Source: an uncultured delta proteobacterium (GTDB taxonomy: Bacteria > Desulfobacterota > Syntrophia > Syntrophales > UBA2185). Taken from it: 64,000 bases of DNA. The stretch's first letter is position 1. Each line of letters opens with the position of its first letter. Below the pieces are notes generated by a model. The model did not search any database. It saw nothing but the letters and a program-made list of their open reading frames with translations, and was not told the origin of the DNA. Where the stretch lies: assembly GCA_963695875.1 (NCBI GenBank), contig CAVOID010000014.1, positions 72,193 through 136,192 on the forward strand, read 5' to 3'. Of the stretch, positions 22,401 through 33,272 are shown in pieces. The position numbers and the translations under genes were made by a program.

Positions 22401-22811
22401 ATGTATTCAAAGAAAGTTGTTATTCGTTATACAGCAAACAATGTGGACCAGCCCATTATATGTCAGCTTGTAAAAAAACACGATCTTGAATTCAACATCC
22501 TCAAGGCCCAGATACTGCCCCGGAGAGAAGGGGTAATTGTCGTTGAACTGAGTGGTTCAAAAGAAAATTTTGATAAAGGCATCCGTTTTCTAAAGGAAAA
22601 GGGTCTTAAAGTTGAACCTGTTTCGAAAAACGTAAGCCAGAATATAGATAAATGTGTTCATTGTGGCGCCTGTACGGCATTCTGTCCAACCGATGCCCTC
22701 TCTTTTGAGAGACAATCTATGAAAGTCCTGTTTGATCCGGAAAAGTGCAACGGGTGTGAACTATGCGTTTTGGCATGCCCGCCAAGAGCTATGGAGGTCA
22801 GCATTTTCTGA
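22401..22811 (+). CDS. NIL domain + 2x[4Fe-4S] ferredoxin protein
   Basis: FNILKA; CVHCGACTAFCP; CNGCELCVLACP. Confidence 0.88.
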   Translation: MYSKKVVIRYTANNVDQPIICQLVKKHDLEFNILKAQILPRREGVIVVELSGSKENFDKGIRFLKEKGLKVEPVSKNVSQNIDKCVHCGACTAFCPTDALSFERQSMKVLFDPEKCNGCELCVLACPPRAMEVSIF

Positions 22812-22888
22812 ATGAGCCTCTTTCCTGATACTGTAATACTACCTCCTCATTAGATTTCTCACAAAGTGTCGACACTATCCTGGAAACC

Positions 22889-23242
22889 TTATTTCTCCCT
22901 GATTGGTTTATTGTCCGGTTCCAGTTGCTTATCAATATCCCTCGTTACCAGTTTTTCAGCCTTCTTGTATACGCCCTTTACACTATCATAAACCCCTCTA
23001 CCCTTCTCTACCACACTGTGCGTTGACTCCTTGGCCTTTTGTATGGTTTCAGTTAAGCTTTTGGGCATTTTTTCAGGCTCTTTAAAACACAGATATCCAC
23101 CGAAGATTATGAGTACAAGAATAAATAATAATGCAATCTTGATGAGTTTCTTGAAGAGAAAACATATGATCAAAATCGCAACAAATACACAAACACCTAT
23201 GATAAATTGATGGGATGTTATGTAGTTTATAATATCGTCCAT
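22889..23242 (-). CDS. Hypothetical membrane protein
   Basis: Two hydrophobic helices then a charged tail; GGAGG RBS. Confidence 0.65.
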   Translation of the reverse strand: MDDIINYITSHQFIIGVCVFVAILIICFLFKKLIKIALLFILVLIIFGGYLCFKEPEKMPKSLTETIQKAKESTHSVVEKGRGVYDSVKGVYKKAEKLVTRDIDKQLEPDNKPIREK

Positions 23243-23310
23243 TTTAAACCTCCATAATCAGTATGTACTAATGTTACTTCACATCTCAATAAAAATCCAG
23301 CAATCCTTAA

Positions 23311-23542
23311 CAGGCTGTCGAAAAACGCTTCCCCGCCTTCGTGGGGACAGGCTCTGCTGCGTTGCGCTGCACGCTTTCCTCCGACACGCTCAAGACAGGC
23401 TTTATATACTGTCGTGGTGAGCTGTTTGTCCTGAACGTGTTGAAGGATCGAACCATACGCACCTTGCATTTGGACATCACGTATCGGGTACGGGACAAGC
23501 TTTTGCACAGCACGGTGACAAGCATGTTTTTTCAACGCTCTA
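23311..23542. mobile_element. MITE-like element with nested REP-like units
   Basis: Imperfect terminal inverted repeats CAGGCTGTCGAAAAAC / GTTTTTTCAACGCTCTA; no credible ORF; shares internal units with the 16740 element. Confidence 0.55.
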
Positions 23543-23609
23543 TTTAACCTTGACAAACTGTGCACCTGGCGTCTAGATTTCAAGGACAGTAAGGATAAAG
23601 GCATTAAGA

Positions 23610-24926
23610 ATGATCAAAGTTGCCATATCAACCCTCGGTTGCAAGGTTAATCAGTACGAATCAGCAGGCATTTTAGAAAAGCTGGACAAGAGTATCTTTT
23701 TACAAGTACCATTCAATACGAAGGCCGATTGTTACATAATCAATACATGCACCGTCACAGGTCGGACGGATTACCAATCAAGGCAGCTTATCAGAAGAGC
23801 AATCAGGACAAACCCTGATGCATCCGTTATCGTTACTGGTTGTTATGCCCAGGTCGCACCTCAAGATATTGCCCGAATTCCCGGTGTGACCTTTATTCTA
23901 GGCAATGCAGAAAAGGATACATATTCCACAGATTATTCAAGCACGTAGTGAAAGGAGACCCGCAAGTACTCGTGAGTGACATTTGCGAAGCCAGGGAACT
24001 ATCCGGGTTCAGCCCATCAAAATTCCCCGGACATACGAGGGCATTCCTTAAAATCCAGGATGGATGCAACAGTTTCTGCAGCTATTGTATCGTTCCTTAC
24101 GCGAGAGGGCCAAGCAGGAGTCTTCCCGAAAGCGAGGTTTTCAGAACAAATCGAAATGCTGGCGCGGGCCGACTACAGAGAAATAGTCCTGACGGGTATT
24201 CATCTTGGAGTTTATGGTCAGGACCTGATCCCCCCGTCAAATCTTTTCAATATCCTGGAATACGTTGAGAAGAACAAAATCGTAGAGAGATTACGTCTCA
24301 GTTCTATAGAGATCACGGAAATAACGGATGAAATGATCCGGCTGATGAAAAAGGGCGCCACCATCTGCAGACACCTTCATATCCCCTTCCAGAGTGGAGA
24401 CGACAAAATACTTTCGGCCATGAAAAGGAATTATGACTCAGCATTTTTCAAAAATCGCCTGGAAGAAATCTGCCGGGCGATCCCCGATATTGCCATCGGA
24501 ATTGATGTCATGGTCGGATTTCCCGGTGAGGGAGAGGAAGAATTTAGTAATACACTACAATTGATTGAGGAACTCCCTGTTGCTTACCTGCATGTATTTC
24601 CCTATTCAGAACGCCCGGGCACACTCGCCTCAAAGCTTACCGGCAGGGTTAATGAAGCCGTCAAAAAAAGACGCAGTGAGATATTGAGGGACATAGGAAA
24701 AGAGAAGAGAAACACCTTCGCAGAAAGGTTTATAGGAGAAAAACTGACTGTTCTTGTTGAGGACAAGAAAGATAAAGATACAGGATGCATGAAGGGATTT
24801 TCCGACAATTACATACCCGTTCTCATAAGGAACGGCAATTCTTCACTGGTAAACAGTATCGTAAATGTGATACCGGATGATTCGCGAGACGGAAAATTGT
24901 ATGGAAGGATTGTCAAAAATGACTGA
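23610..24926 (+). CDS. mtaB: tRNA t6A37 methylthiotransferase (frameshifted)
   Basis: [50 protein letters not shown]. Confidence 0.93.
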
Positions 24927-25628
24927 TGAAAGACTTTCAAATCTTGGTAATTTTCAGCAGATTCTTGCCTACAACTTCAGCGATATCAGTCTGCTCGATA
25001 ATGCATTGATACACCGCTCCTTTGTCAATGAAAACCCGTCACTTTCCTACAAGGATAATGAAAGGCTTGAATTTCTGGGAGATGCCGTCATTGGACTTTG
25101 CCTCAGCGATATGCTGATAAAAAAATTTCCCGATTATGCCGAGGGACAGCTTTCAAAACTGAGGGCCTATGTTGTGAACGAACAGTCACTTGCCGATCTG
25201 GCCCGGAAGCTTAATATCGGAGATTATCTCCTTCTCGGCAAGGGAGAAGAAAGCTCAGGGGGAAGAACCAAAACATCCATTCTCTCAAACGCCTTTGAAG
25301 CGGTTACAGCGTCCATATATCTTGATTGTGGCTTTGAGGAGGTATACAAATTCTTAAAACAAATCTTTGCACCGCTGATTGAGGAAGGAACAAAGAGCCT
25401 CATATACAGGGATTATAAAACAGCACTTCAGGAAATCTGCCAGAACCGGTTTAAAGAGACGCCAAAGTACATTCCTAATCAGAGAAATCGGCCCTGATCA
25501 TGATAAAATCTTCGAGATCAGTTTAACTGTCGCAGGTACAGATCACAGCTACAGGTACGGGAAAAAGTAAAAAGGAAGCAGAACAACGGGCAGCTCAAAA
25601 AGCCCTGGACGAGCTCGCGAAGCAGTAA
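24919..25628 (+). CDS. rnc: Ribonuclease III (frameshifted in the dsRBD)
   Basis: NERLEFLGDAV, EGQLSKLRA, DYKTALQE, GPDHDKIF. Confidence 0.95.
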
Positions 25629-25679
25629 AACACTGCCCCCGTCACCGATAAAGGGCAGCAATAGATAATAAAGACACAG

Positions 25680-26735
25680 ATGATTATCCCATTTTTCATT
25701 ATGAATCAAGGTTGTCCGAACCGATGTATTTTCTGCAATGTGCATAAGACTGCCGGAAAGCTTACCGGGATAATTACAGAGAACACCTTCCGGGAAACTA
25801 TACACAAATACCTCCATCATAAAAAACAAAAGAGAGATCATGTCCAGATTGCTTTTTACGGCGGTAATTTCACAGGCATGGAGAAAAGTTACCAGACTGA
25901 ACTGCTGATGTTTGCCGGTCCATTCATCACAGAGGGTCTGGTGCATGACGTGAGGATCTCCACAAGACCGGACAATATAGACAATGAACACCTGGATATT
26001 CTCAAACGCTTCGGTGTTACAACCGTCGAAATCGGCGCCCAATCCCTGGTAGATGAGGTACTGAGTCTTTCAAATAGAGGCCATTCATCTGCCGACGTGA
26101 TGAATGCCATGGAGGTGCTCAAGGACTGGGGGTTTAAAACGGGAATACATCTCATGGTAGGACTTCCGGGAGACAGCCGATCGGGATTTGAATATACAGT
26201 AAGTGAGACCATTGCCCTTAAGCCGGATATGGTCAGGATTCACCCCACTGTTGTCTTTCGGGATACAGTCCTGGCCGAGCTTTATTGCAGCGGAGCTTAT
26301 ACGCCTCTCGGTATGTCTGAAGCCATCGACCTGTGCAAGTATGCAGCGCAGCGATTTGAAGAGGCTAATATCCCCATTATTCGCCTCGGTCTGCAGACAA
26401 CCCGGGAAATGGAGAAAGCCGGCAGTATCATTGCGGGTCCATATCATCCGGCATTTCGCTCACTGGTTGAAGAATCCATTTTTTTCGACATGGCTTCTTC
26501 TTTGCTCATCAACGGAGGGGTGCTCGACGAAGAAGTAATTTTTACAGTATCTCCGAAAGATGTCTCTTCCTTCCATGGCCATAAAAACAAAAATATGTAC
26601 ACACTTGAAGGAACGGTACAATCTGACCGGAATAAATGTTTCCGTGGACCCTGGCCAGGAAAGGGGAACTCTAGCCATGACAGTGACCGGCATGAAAACA
26701 AAGATAAACAGGTTCGATCATCAAAAGGACTTTAA
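25680..26735 (+). CDS. Elp3-like radical SAM protein
   Basis: GCPNRCIFCN, AFYGGNFTG, RISTRPD, HLMVGLPGD, AGPYHPAF. Confidence 0.85.
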   Translation: MIIPFFIMNQGCPNRCIFCNVHKTAGKLTGIITENTFRETIHKYLHHKKQKRDHVQIAFYGGNFTGMEKSYQTELLMFAGPFITEGLVHDVRISTRPDNIDNEHLDILKRFGVTTVEIGAQSLVDEVLSLSNRGHSSADVMNAMEVLKDWGFKTGIHLMVGLPGDSRSGFEYTVSETIALKPDMVRIHPTVVFRDTVLAELYCSGAYTPLGMSEAIDLCKYAAQRFEEANIPIIRLGLQTTREMEKAGSIIAGPYHPAFRSLVEESIFFDMASSLLINGGVLDEEVIFTVSPKDVSSFHGHKNKNMYTLEGTVQSDRNKCFRGPWPGKGNSSHDSDRHENKDKQVRSSKGL

Positions 26736-26792
26736 CTGAATCTCAAAAACGTTCAGCAAAACATAATTTAACTCTATTGATAGATATTATAG

Positions 26793-27687
26793 ATGTTCAA
26801 ATCAGGCTTTATCGGCATTATCGGCAGACCTAACGTGGGGAAATCAACCCTTCTCAATGCGATCATCGGCGAAAGGATTGCCATAACTACCCATAAACCG
26901 CAGACTACACGAAACAGAATCATGGGTATAAAGAATATTGAAGACGGCCAACTTATATTCCTCGACACACCGGGCATTCATAAGGCGACAACACCGTTAA
27001 ATCAATTTATGGTAACCGAGGCGACGGATACCTTCAGAAGCGCTGACATTCTCCTCCTGCTCGCAGAGGCAACTTCAGGTGTTCATCGCGACGATCAGTT
27101 GATTATTGATTCTCTGAGGAACATTAGGACTGCCCGTTATTCTGCTGATCAACAAGATTGACCTTATCAGGAAGATAAACATACTTCCCGTTATCGACCA
27201 ATTCAGGCACCTTTTTTCTTTTTCCCAGATCATACCGATCTCCGCTCTCACCGGTGACGGGTTCCCCGTTCTGATAGAACAGATATTGAAGCTTCTGCCT
27301 GAGGGCCCCAGATACTTCCCTGAAGATATGATGACAGACCGGACCGAGCGTTTCATCGCGGCGGAGATCATCCGGGAAAAGATCATCTTATTGACCCATC
27401 AGGAAATCCCTTACACAACAGCAGTAGTCGTGGATTCGTTCAAAGAAGATGAAAAGAAAAATCTGATTCGCATGCAGGCAACGATCACTGTGTCAAAAGA
27501 CTCACAGAAAGGCATCTTGATCGGCAAAAAGGGAAGCATGCTGAAAAAGATCGGCACCCAAGCGAGAACGGACATGGAAAAATTCTTTGCCGCCAAGATT
27601 TACCTGGAGTTGTTTGTCCGGGTAAGAAAGGACTGGACCCACGATGCACACATGCTCAGGGAATTCGGTTATACGGAAAAAACATAA
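26793..27687 (+). CDS. era: GTPase Era (frameshifted near 27130)
   Basis: GRPNVGKSTL, DTPG, NKID, EIIREKI, KH domain. Confidence 0.96.
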
Positions 27688-27721
27688 GCTTAAGCAATAA
27701 AAAAACAGCGATAAGGACACA

Positions 27722-29551
27722 CTATTTCAAACCCAGCTCGGCAATCTTCCAATCAGTCGGGATGCCCTCCCGGGTCCATCCCCGCAACTCGTAGTATGTG
27801 TCGAGCATGGCATCCAGGTCTTCTTTCGGGCAGTATCTCCCCTTTACAGGTCCATCCGGGATAGGCTCGTTCATGACACGGTATGGAAGGATATCATCTT
27901 TCCTGCTCACCCCTCGCCTGATATTTATGAGGCGCTCCAGATTGTATATCCTCTCGCCGATCTTCTCTAACTCGGCAAGAGTAATATCCCAGCCTGTTAC
28001 ATAACCCACGATCTTTGCAATGTCATCATTGAGAGGCGTCCCCAATCCTCTCTCAGCAATAAAGCGACACACGATAAGTGAATCCCCGACCGCCGTGAAA
28101 CATTGATTACTCTGTATATACTTCGGCTGCGGCTCAAATCCAGGGTCGGGATCTGCGGTTGCATAATTGGGCCTGCCATCATGGTGACTGCCGCCTCTTG
28201 TTGACGTGGAATATGACAGCGACATGCCTCTTAAGCCGCGTGCAGAGTGACCCGCAACTTCGAGACCTTTGACGGTATAAAGATATTTGTATGCATCCTT
28301 GTCGAATCTCTCCGCAATGCGCGCCGACCCCACTGCAAGAAGAGCTCCTATGCCTTCTCTCCTTGCTGTCTTTTTGATCAGATCTACCATCGCTTCTCCA
28401 TCCGCAAAATTGACTCTCCCCCCTACTTCTTTTTCAGAGATAATTCCTTTTTCCATACATTCTGCAACAAAGGACAGCGTGACTCCCATGGAGATAGTGT
28501 CTATACCCATCAAATCACATGCATGATTACAGTTGATGATGGAGTCAATATCACGGTTATCCATCATGGAGCCAATTGCATACAGTGTCTCATATTCCGG
28601 CATCTTAACAACTTTGCCGGCATATTCACCCTTGGTTGCACTAACATTTTTGCCGCACGCCACGGGACAGCCAAAGCAGGCAGTATCTTTGTTCCAGTAT
28701 TTCTCCTTCATCAGTTCGCCGCTGATGTCCTGGGGATATGCAAAAACTTCTTTGCTGTTATTTCTCGTACCCAGCATGCCCTTGGAATTGATGACATTTA
28801 CAAGAACCGGCGTTCCAATGGTGCTCAATACTTTCGTATTCTCCTTAAAGGCAGGGTATTTTTCTTTCAGAAGGTCCGTCAGCGCTTGCCGGTCGGCGAT
28901 ATTAGTTCTTTTTTCACCTCGGGCGACAACTGCTTTGATTTTTTTTGCTCCCATGACGGCACCGATGCCGGCCCGTCCGGCTGCACCGGGCCTGACTCCT
29001 CCCAGTACGATGTTGGCAAAGAGCACTTCGTTTTCTCCCGCAGGCCCAATTGCAGCGCACACTGCCCCCCTTCCCTCTATTGCTTCGAGCACGGCGATGG
29101 TCTCTTCCGTAGTCTTACCCCATAGGCGAGAACCATCTTTGATTTCTGCACCTCCCTCTGCAACTAAAAGATAAACGGGTTTTGACGAAGCCCCGGTAAT
29201 GTAAATGGCGTCAAAACCTGTCCTCTTCTGTGCGGTGCCGAATTTTCCTCCATAATTAGAGTCAGCGAATATCCCCGTCAGCGGCGATATCGATGCCACG
29301 TGTCCTCTGCTGGTTCCCCACACAGGTGTATCCGTCAATGGTCCCACGGAAAAAACAACGGCATTATCAGGTCCAAGCGGATCCGCGTTGAAAGGAACAT
29401 TATCGTAAATGAGCTTTGCTGCCAGACCGTTTCCGCCCAGAAACATCCTGGCCGTTGATTCATCATAGATTTCTTCTTTTACTTCCCCTGTACTTAAATT
29501 TACTTTTAGGATTCGTCCATTATTCCCGTACATAGGTCGCCTCCTTTGCAT
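27722..29551 (-). CDS. Aldehyde:ferredoxin oxidoreductase family (W/Mo-pterin)
   Basis: ILKVNLS, LGGNGL, SPLTG, IGPAGE, GRAGIGAVMG, CFGCPVAC, EYET, DTIS, YYELRGW. Confidence 0.93.
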   Translation of the reverse strand: MQRRRPMYGNNGRILKVNLSTGEVKEEIYDESTARMFLGGNGLAAKLIYDNVPFNADPLGPDNAVVFSVGPLTDTPVWGTSRGHVASISPLTGIFADSNYGGKFGTAQKRTGFDAIYITGASSKPVYLLVAEGGAEIKDGSRLWGKTTEETIAVLEAIEGRGAVCAAIGPAGENEVLFANIVLGGVRPGAAGRAGIGAVMGAKKIKAVVARGEKRTNIADRQALTDLLKEKYPAFKENTKVLSTIGTPVLVNVINSKGMLGTRNNSKEVFAYPQDISGELMKEKYWNKDTACFGCPVACGKNVSATKGEYAGKVVKMPEYETLYAIGSMMDNRDIDSIINCNHACDLMGIDTISMGVTLSFVAECMEKGIISEKEVGGRVNFADGEAMVDLIKKTARREGIGALLAVGSARIAERFDKDAYKYLYTVKGLEVAGHSARGLRGMSLSYSTSTRGGSHHDGRPNYATADPDPGFEPQPKYIQSNQCFTAVGDSLIVCRFIAERGLGTPLNDDIAKIVGYVTGWDITLAELEKIGERIYNLERLINIRRGVSRKDDILPYRVMNEPIPDGPVKGRYCPKEDLDAMLDTYYELRGWTREGIPTDWKIAELGLK

Positions 29552-29756
29552 TGACTAAGCGAGGAAAAAATTGTCACAATTAACTGAATATGCTACTAAA
29601 TATTAAAGTTGACTAGACTTTACTGAATTTAATATACCACAGCCTTATAGAATTTCAATAAAAGGTAGCTATCAGGACGGGTTCATGTAAACATCCATAG
29701 AAAGACTGGGTTCAGAAGCCTCTAAGCAAGTAAAATTTAAGGTGAGATAAGGAAAG

Positions 29757-31085
29757 GTGAAACCTGTTATTGCCATCATTGGCAGGCCCAACGTCGGGAA
29801 ATCGACATTATTTAACCGCCTGTCACAGAAAAACAAAGCTATTGTTATTGACGAACCGGGTGCGACGAGAGACCGGAATTATGCTGATTGTACCTGGCAT
29901 GATAAGGAATATACGCTGATCGACACCGGTGGATTCGAACCGGCATCAACAGATCAAATTTTGGTACAGATGCGCGAACAGACACTTCTGGCCATGGAAG
30001 AAGCAGACATCATTATCTTCCTCATGGATGGCAGGGAAGGTTTAACACCCGCTGACAGGGACATCACAAATATCCTCCGGGGAGTAAAAACCCCCGTTTT
30101 CTTTGTCATCAATAAAATCGACGGCCCGAAGAACGAAACCCAGGTTTATGAATTCTATGAACTGGGAACAGAGAAGGTTTACAGCATCTCCGCGCAGCAT
30201 GGTTTGGGTATTCATGAACTCATGGATGATGTAGCTTCACATCTTTTTTCTCCGGCCGAAGGACGTATCGATGATGAAAAACGAATCAGGATAGCAGTGA
30301 TCGGGAAACCGAATGTCGGAAAATCATCTCTGGTAAATAAAATCCTTGGATATGAAAGAACTATTGTCAACCCTACACCCGGCACTACGAGAGACGCTAT
30401 AGATACCCCTTTCGAGTTTAATAAAAGAAAATATCGCCTGGTTGACACGGCCGGTATCAGGCGAAAAAGCAGAGTAAGTCATGTCCTTGAGAAGTACAGC
30501 ATCATCCAGGCGCTTAAGGCCATAGACCGTTGCGATATAGCTTTGCTGCTCATTGATGCCGAGGAAGGAATGACCGAGCAGGATGCCAAAATCGCAGGAC
30601 TGACGCTCGAAAGAGGGGTTGCTTGTATCATTGTTGTCAACAAATGGGACGCCATAAAGAAAGATAATTCAACGGTGGGGAATTATGTAAAAGACATCAA
30701 AGATACAATTAAGTTTATGGATTACGCTCCGATCATCTTCATTTCAGCACTCACCGGTCAGCGGGTATCTAAAATATTTGACATCATTGAAACGGTCCTT
30801 AGTCAGTACACAAAACGTATAGGTACCGCTGAGCTTAATAGCATTGTAAGAGAATTCCTCGAATCTAAACCGCCACCGCGCCATCAAAACAGAATCAATA
30901 CTTTCAGCTATATGACCCAGGTGTCCGTCGCTCCACCCACATTTGTTTTTTTTGTCCGTGCACCAGAGGCCATTCACTTCTCATACAGGCGCTTTCTGAT
31001 CAACCGGATCAGAGAGGCATTCGGTTTCGATCAATCGCCAATCAGGGTTATGTTCAGGAAAAAGAGCAAAACAAAAGAGGAATAA
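29757..31085 (+). CDS. der: Ribosome biogenesis GTPase Der
   Basis: Two G domains (GRPNVGKS; GKPNVGKSS, GTTRD, DTAG, NKWD) and a C-terminal KH-like domain. Confidence 0.97.
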   Translation: MKPVIAIIGRPNVGKSTLFNRLSQKNKAIVIDEPGATRDRNYADCTWHDKEYTLIDTGGFEPASTDQILVQMREQTLLAMEEADIIIFLMDGREGLTPADRDITNILRGVKTPVFFVINKIDGPKNETQVYEFYELGTEKVYSISAQHGLGIHELMDDVASHLFSPAEGRIDDEKRIRIAVIGKPNVGKSSLVNKILGYERTIVNPTPGTTRDAIDTPFEFNKRKYRLVDTAGIRRKSRVSHVLEKYSIIQALKAIDRCDIALLLIDAEEGMTEQDAKIAGLTLERGVACIIVVNKWDAIKKDNSTVGNYVKDIKDTIKFMDYAPIIFISALTGQRVSKIFDIIETVLSQYTKRIGTAELNSIVREFLESKPPPRHQNRINTFSYMTQVSVAPPTFVFFVRAPEAIHFSYRRFLINRIREAFGFDQSPIRVMFRKKSKTKEE

Positions 31086-31104
31086 AGGAAAAGAAACAGA
31101 AATA

Positions 31105-31148
31105 AAAAAAGGGATCTTGATGAATTTTATTTCCATAAAAATCCCTTG
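31105..31148 (-). terminator. Probable terminator between convergent der and ferritin-like genes
   Basis: AAGGGAT...ATCCCTT inverted repeat with an A/T-run. Confidence 0.45.
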
Positions 31149-31265
31149 ATTATCCTACGATGTCCAGCTTTTCCAATCTGGAAGGGTTATGAATCTTCAC
31201 TTCTCCTTTATACTGAATATTTTGTTCTGTACAGGCGCCGGACGGATATGCCGATCCCGGCCTAG

Positions 31266-31784
31266 TTAGGCACCATCAACATGAGTATGTTCCGTCTTTC
31301 TGAACCAGGAGACCGGATCAGTCAGGAATTCCTCGGTCTCTTTGAGAGAGACATAGTGTTCATGTTCAATATTGGCAAGCAGATTGAAAAATGCCTTTTC
31401 CTTCGGGTCGGAGACTTCGTCACGGAGTTTTGCATAGTACTCCGCACCTTTACCCTCAAATTCGATTGCTACCCGGATGGCCTTCAGGTCATCGGCATCG
31501 CCCTTTGCTGATTTGGGTGCTTTTTTTGCCGCATCTTTCAGGATATTCTTAACAGCAGTCTCTTTAACTTTTAGAGGAACCGTTTCAGGCCATTTCTTAT
31601 CCTTTTCCCAGTTCGCGTGGAGCTGTTTCAGCCTCTCATAATGCTCCAGTTCCTCTCCGCCGATTTGCTTAAACATGGCTCTGCCCACGGGATTCTTGGT
31701 TCGCTCAGCATTTTTAAGATAAAATTCATGCTCTTTCATTTCGTTGTTAAGAGCAACCTGCAGTGCATTCAGTCGTTCTTTCAT
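31266..31784 (-). CDS. Rubrerythrin/ferritin-like diiron protein
   Basis: ALNNE...FY, EELEH, AIEFE...YY, IEHEH. Confidence 0.85.
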   Translation of the reverse strand: MKERLNALQVALNNEMKEHEFYLKNAERTKNPVGRAMFKQIGGEELEHYERLKQLHANWEKDKKWPETVPLKVKETAVKNILKDAAKKAPKSAKGDADDLKAIRVAIEFEGKGAEYYAKLRDEVSDPKEKAFFNLLANIEHEHYVSLKETEEFLTDPVSWFRKTEHTHVDGA

Positions 31785-32040
31785 GGTTAGCCTCCTTATC
31801 GATGTTCAAGTCTGTCAGTTAATAAAATTGCTTATTAATTTATATAATGCCGTAATACCTTCCTGTCAAGAAGACAAAAAAAACTGATGCCCTGATTAAG
31901 GTGATCATGACTTAAATTGCCGTACGCCGCATCGCTTGCCCTGAGATTGTGTAAGGAATGATATGGCACAACATGGCAGGAGCCTGCGTAGCCCCGTCTT
32001 CGAGGGGTAAACCCCGGCAGGGGGATTTTTTCCGAACCCG

Positions 32041-32850
32041 TCAGTATTTGCCGGGGAAATTTGGCTTGCGTTTTTCCTTCTGAGCAAGAATACCTTCGCG
32101 CGCATCCGCACTTCCGAATATAGGTAGACCGATCTCGACTTCTCTCTTGAAGGCATCGGCATAAGACATATCTTGTGTTTCCCGAAAACATTTAATAATT
32201 CCCTGAACGGCAAGGGGACCATTTCCAGCAATTTTATCAGCCAGTTCCACGGCCTTCTTCATCAGATCGTCCTGAGATGGCACTACATGATTGATAAAAC
32301 CCCAGTCGCACAGCGTTCTCGCACGGAAATTACCTGATGTCAAAAGGATTTCCAGAGCCCTGCATGGTGTCATAATGCGGGGCAGATATATATTCCCGCC
32401 ACCAATTGGCATGATCCCCAGGCTGGCCTCTCTCATTTGAAAAATTGCATTTTCGGACGCGATCCGTAGGTCCGCACCCATGATCATCTCGAATCCCCCT
32501 GTCAGGCAGAAACCGTTGACAGCGGCAATTACCGGTTTTTTTACGATATTGGGCTTTAACATAGCCTCTCCAACTTGCTGTCCCACCTGTATCAGCCATC
32601 GCTCCGCATCGCTCTCAGGCTTCCTGGCCCTTGTGAGCACGGGAACAGCTGTCTTCAGGTCCATGCCGGCACAAAAGATATCGGGCATACAGGAATAGAG
32701 TATAACAACCCGCATTTTCTCATCTTGGTTGACGTCCGCCCATGTACGATGCAGATCCATCAAGATTCCAGGATCAAGGGCATTTTTTTCCTCAGGGCGA
32801 TTAAGACCTACTTTTGCAATATGTCCTTCCTTCTCATAAACTAATCCCAT
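32041..32850 (-). CDS. Enoyl-CoA hydratase/isomerase
   Basis: LNRPEEKNAL, FCAGMDL, KPVIAAVNG, DLRIAS, DAREG. Confidence 0.92.
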   Translation of the reverse strand: MGLVYEKEGHIAKVGLNRPEEKNALDPGILMDLHRTWADVNQDEKMRVVILYSCMPDIFCAGMDLKTAVPVLTRARKPESDAERWLIQVGQQVGEAMLKPNIVKKPVIAAVNGFCLTGGFEMIMGADLRIASENAIFQMREASLGIMPIGGGNIYLPRIMTPCRALEILLTSGNFRARTLCDWGFINHVVPSQDDLMKKAVELADKIAGNGPLAVQGIIKCFRETQDMSYADAFKREVEIGLPIFGSADAREGILAQKEKRKPNFPGKY

Positions 32851-33272
32851 AATGCTCTCCTTTCAGAATTCTTCAAAAGAAACTCGTGACAACATGGCGG
32901 GCTTCCCATCAAGAAAAATATTCATACAAGGTACAGCTTGTGTATCAATCCTGTTTTCGCTCCGGATCTGTGGCATATGGAAGCTATTATCAGATTTAAA
33001 TTGTGACCTCAAGACGAATGTATTTGCCTTTTTAACTTTGCATTAAAGGATTCTCTTTCAATTCAAATAGCCTACACGTAGGGTGGGGTGCCCCGCCAAA
33101 AAGGTATTTATAGTCTGTAAGTTTTTACATATTTATGATATTTATAGCAGGAATTGACACACTCATTCCTTTCATGGAGTGTTTCACTCATAAGCTATAC
33201 TGCGTGAACTTTCTGTCATAAAAGGATGTATTTTACATAGTACGGCCTTAACTAACAGGAGATCTCCCTAAA

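Noticed and set aside
28247..29174. Long plus-strand ORFs (292 and 213 aa) antisense to AOR, and similar shadow ORFs elsewhere
   Set aside because: Antisense shadows of well-supported genes with no recognisable motifs
33078..33097. GTAG-type REP (GTAGGGTGGGGTGCCCCGCC)
   Set aside because: Single short copy in the window; insufficient support
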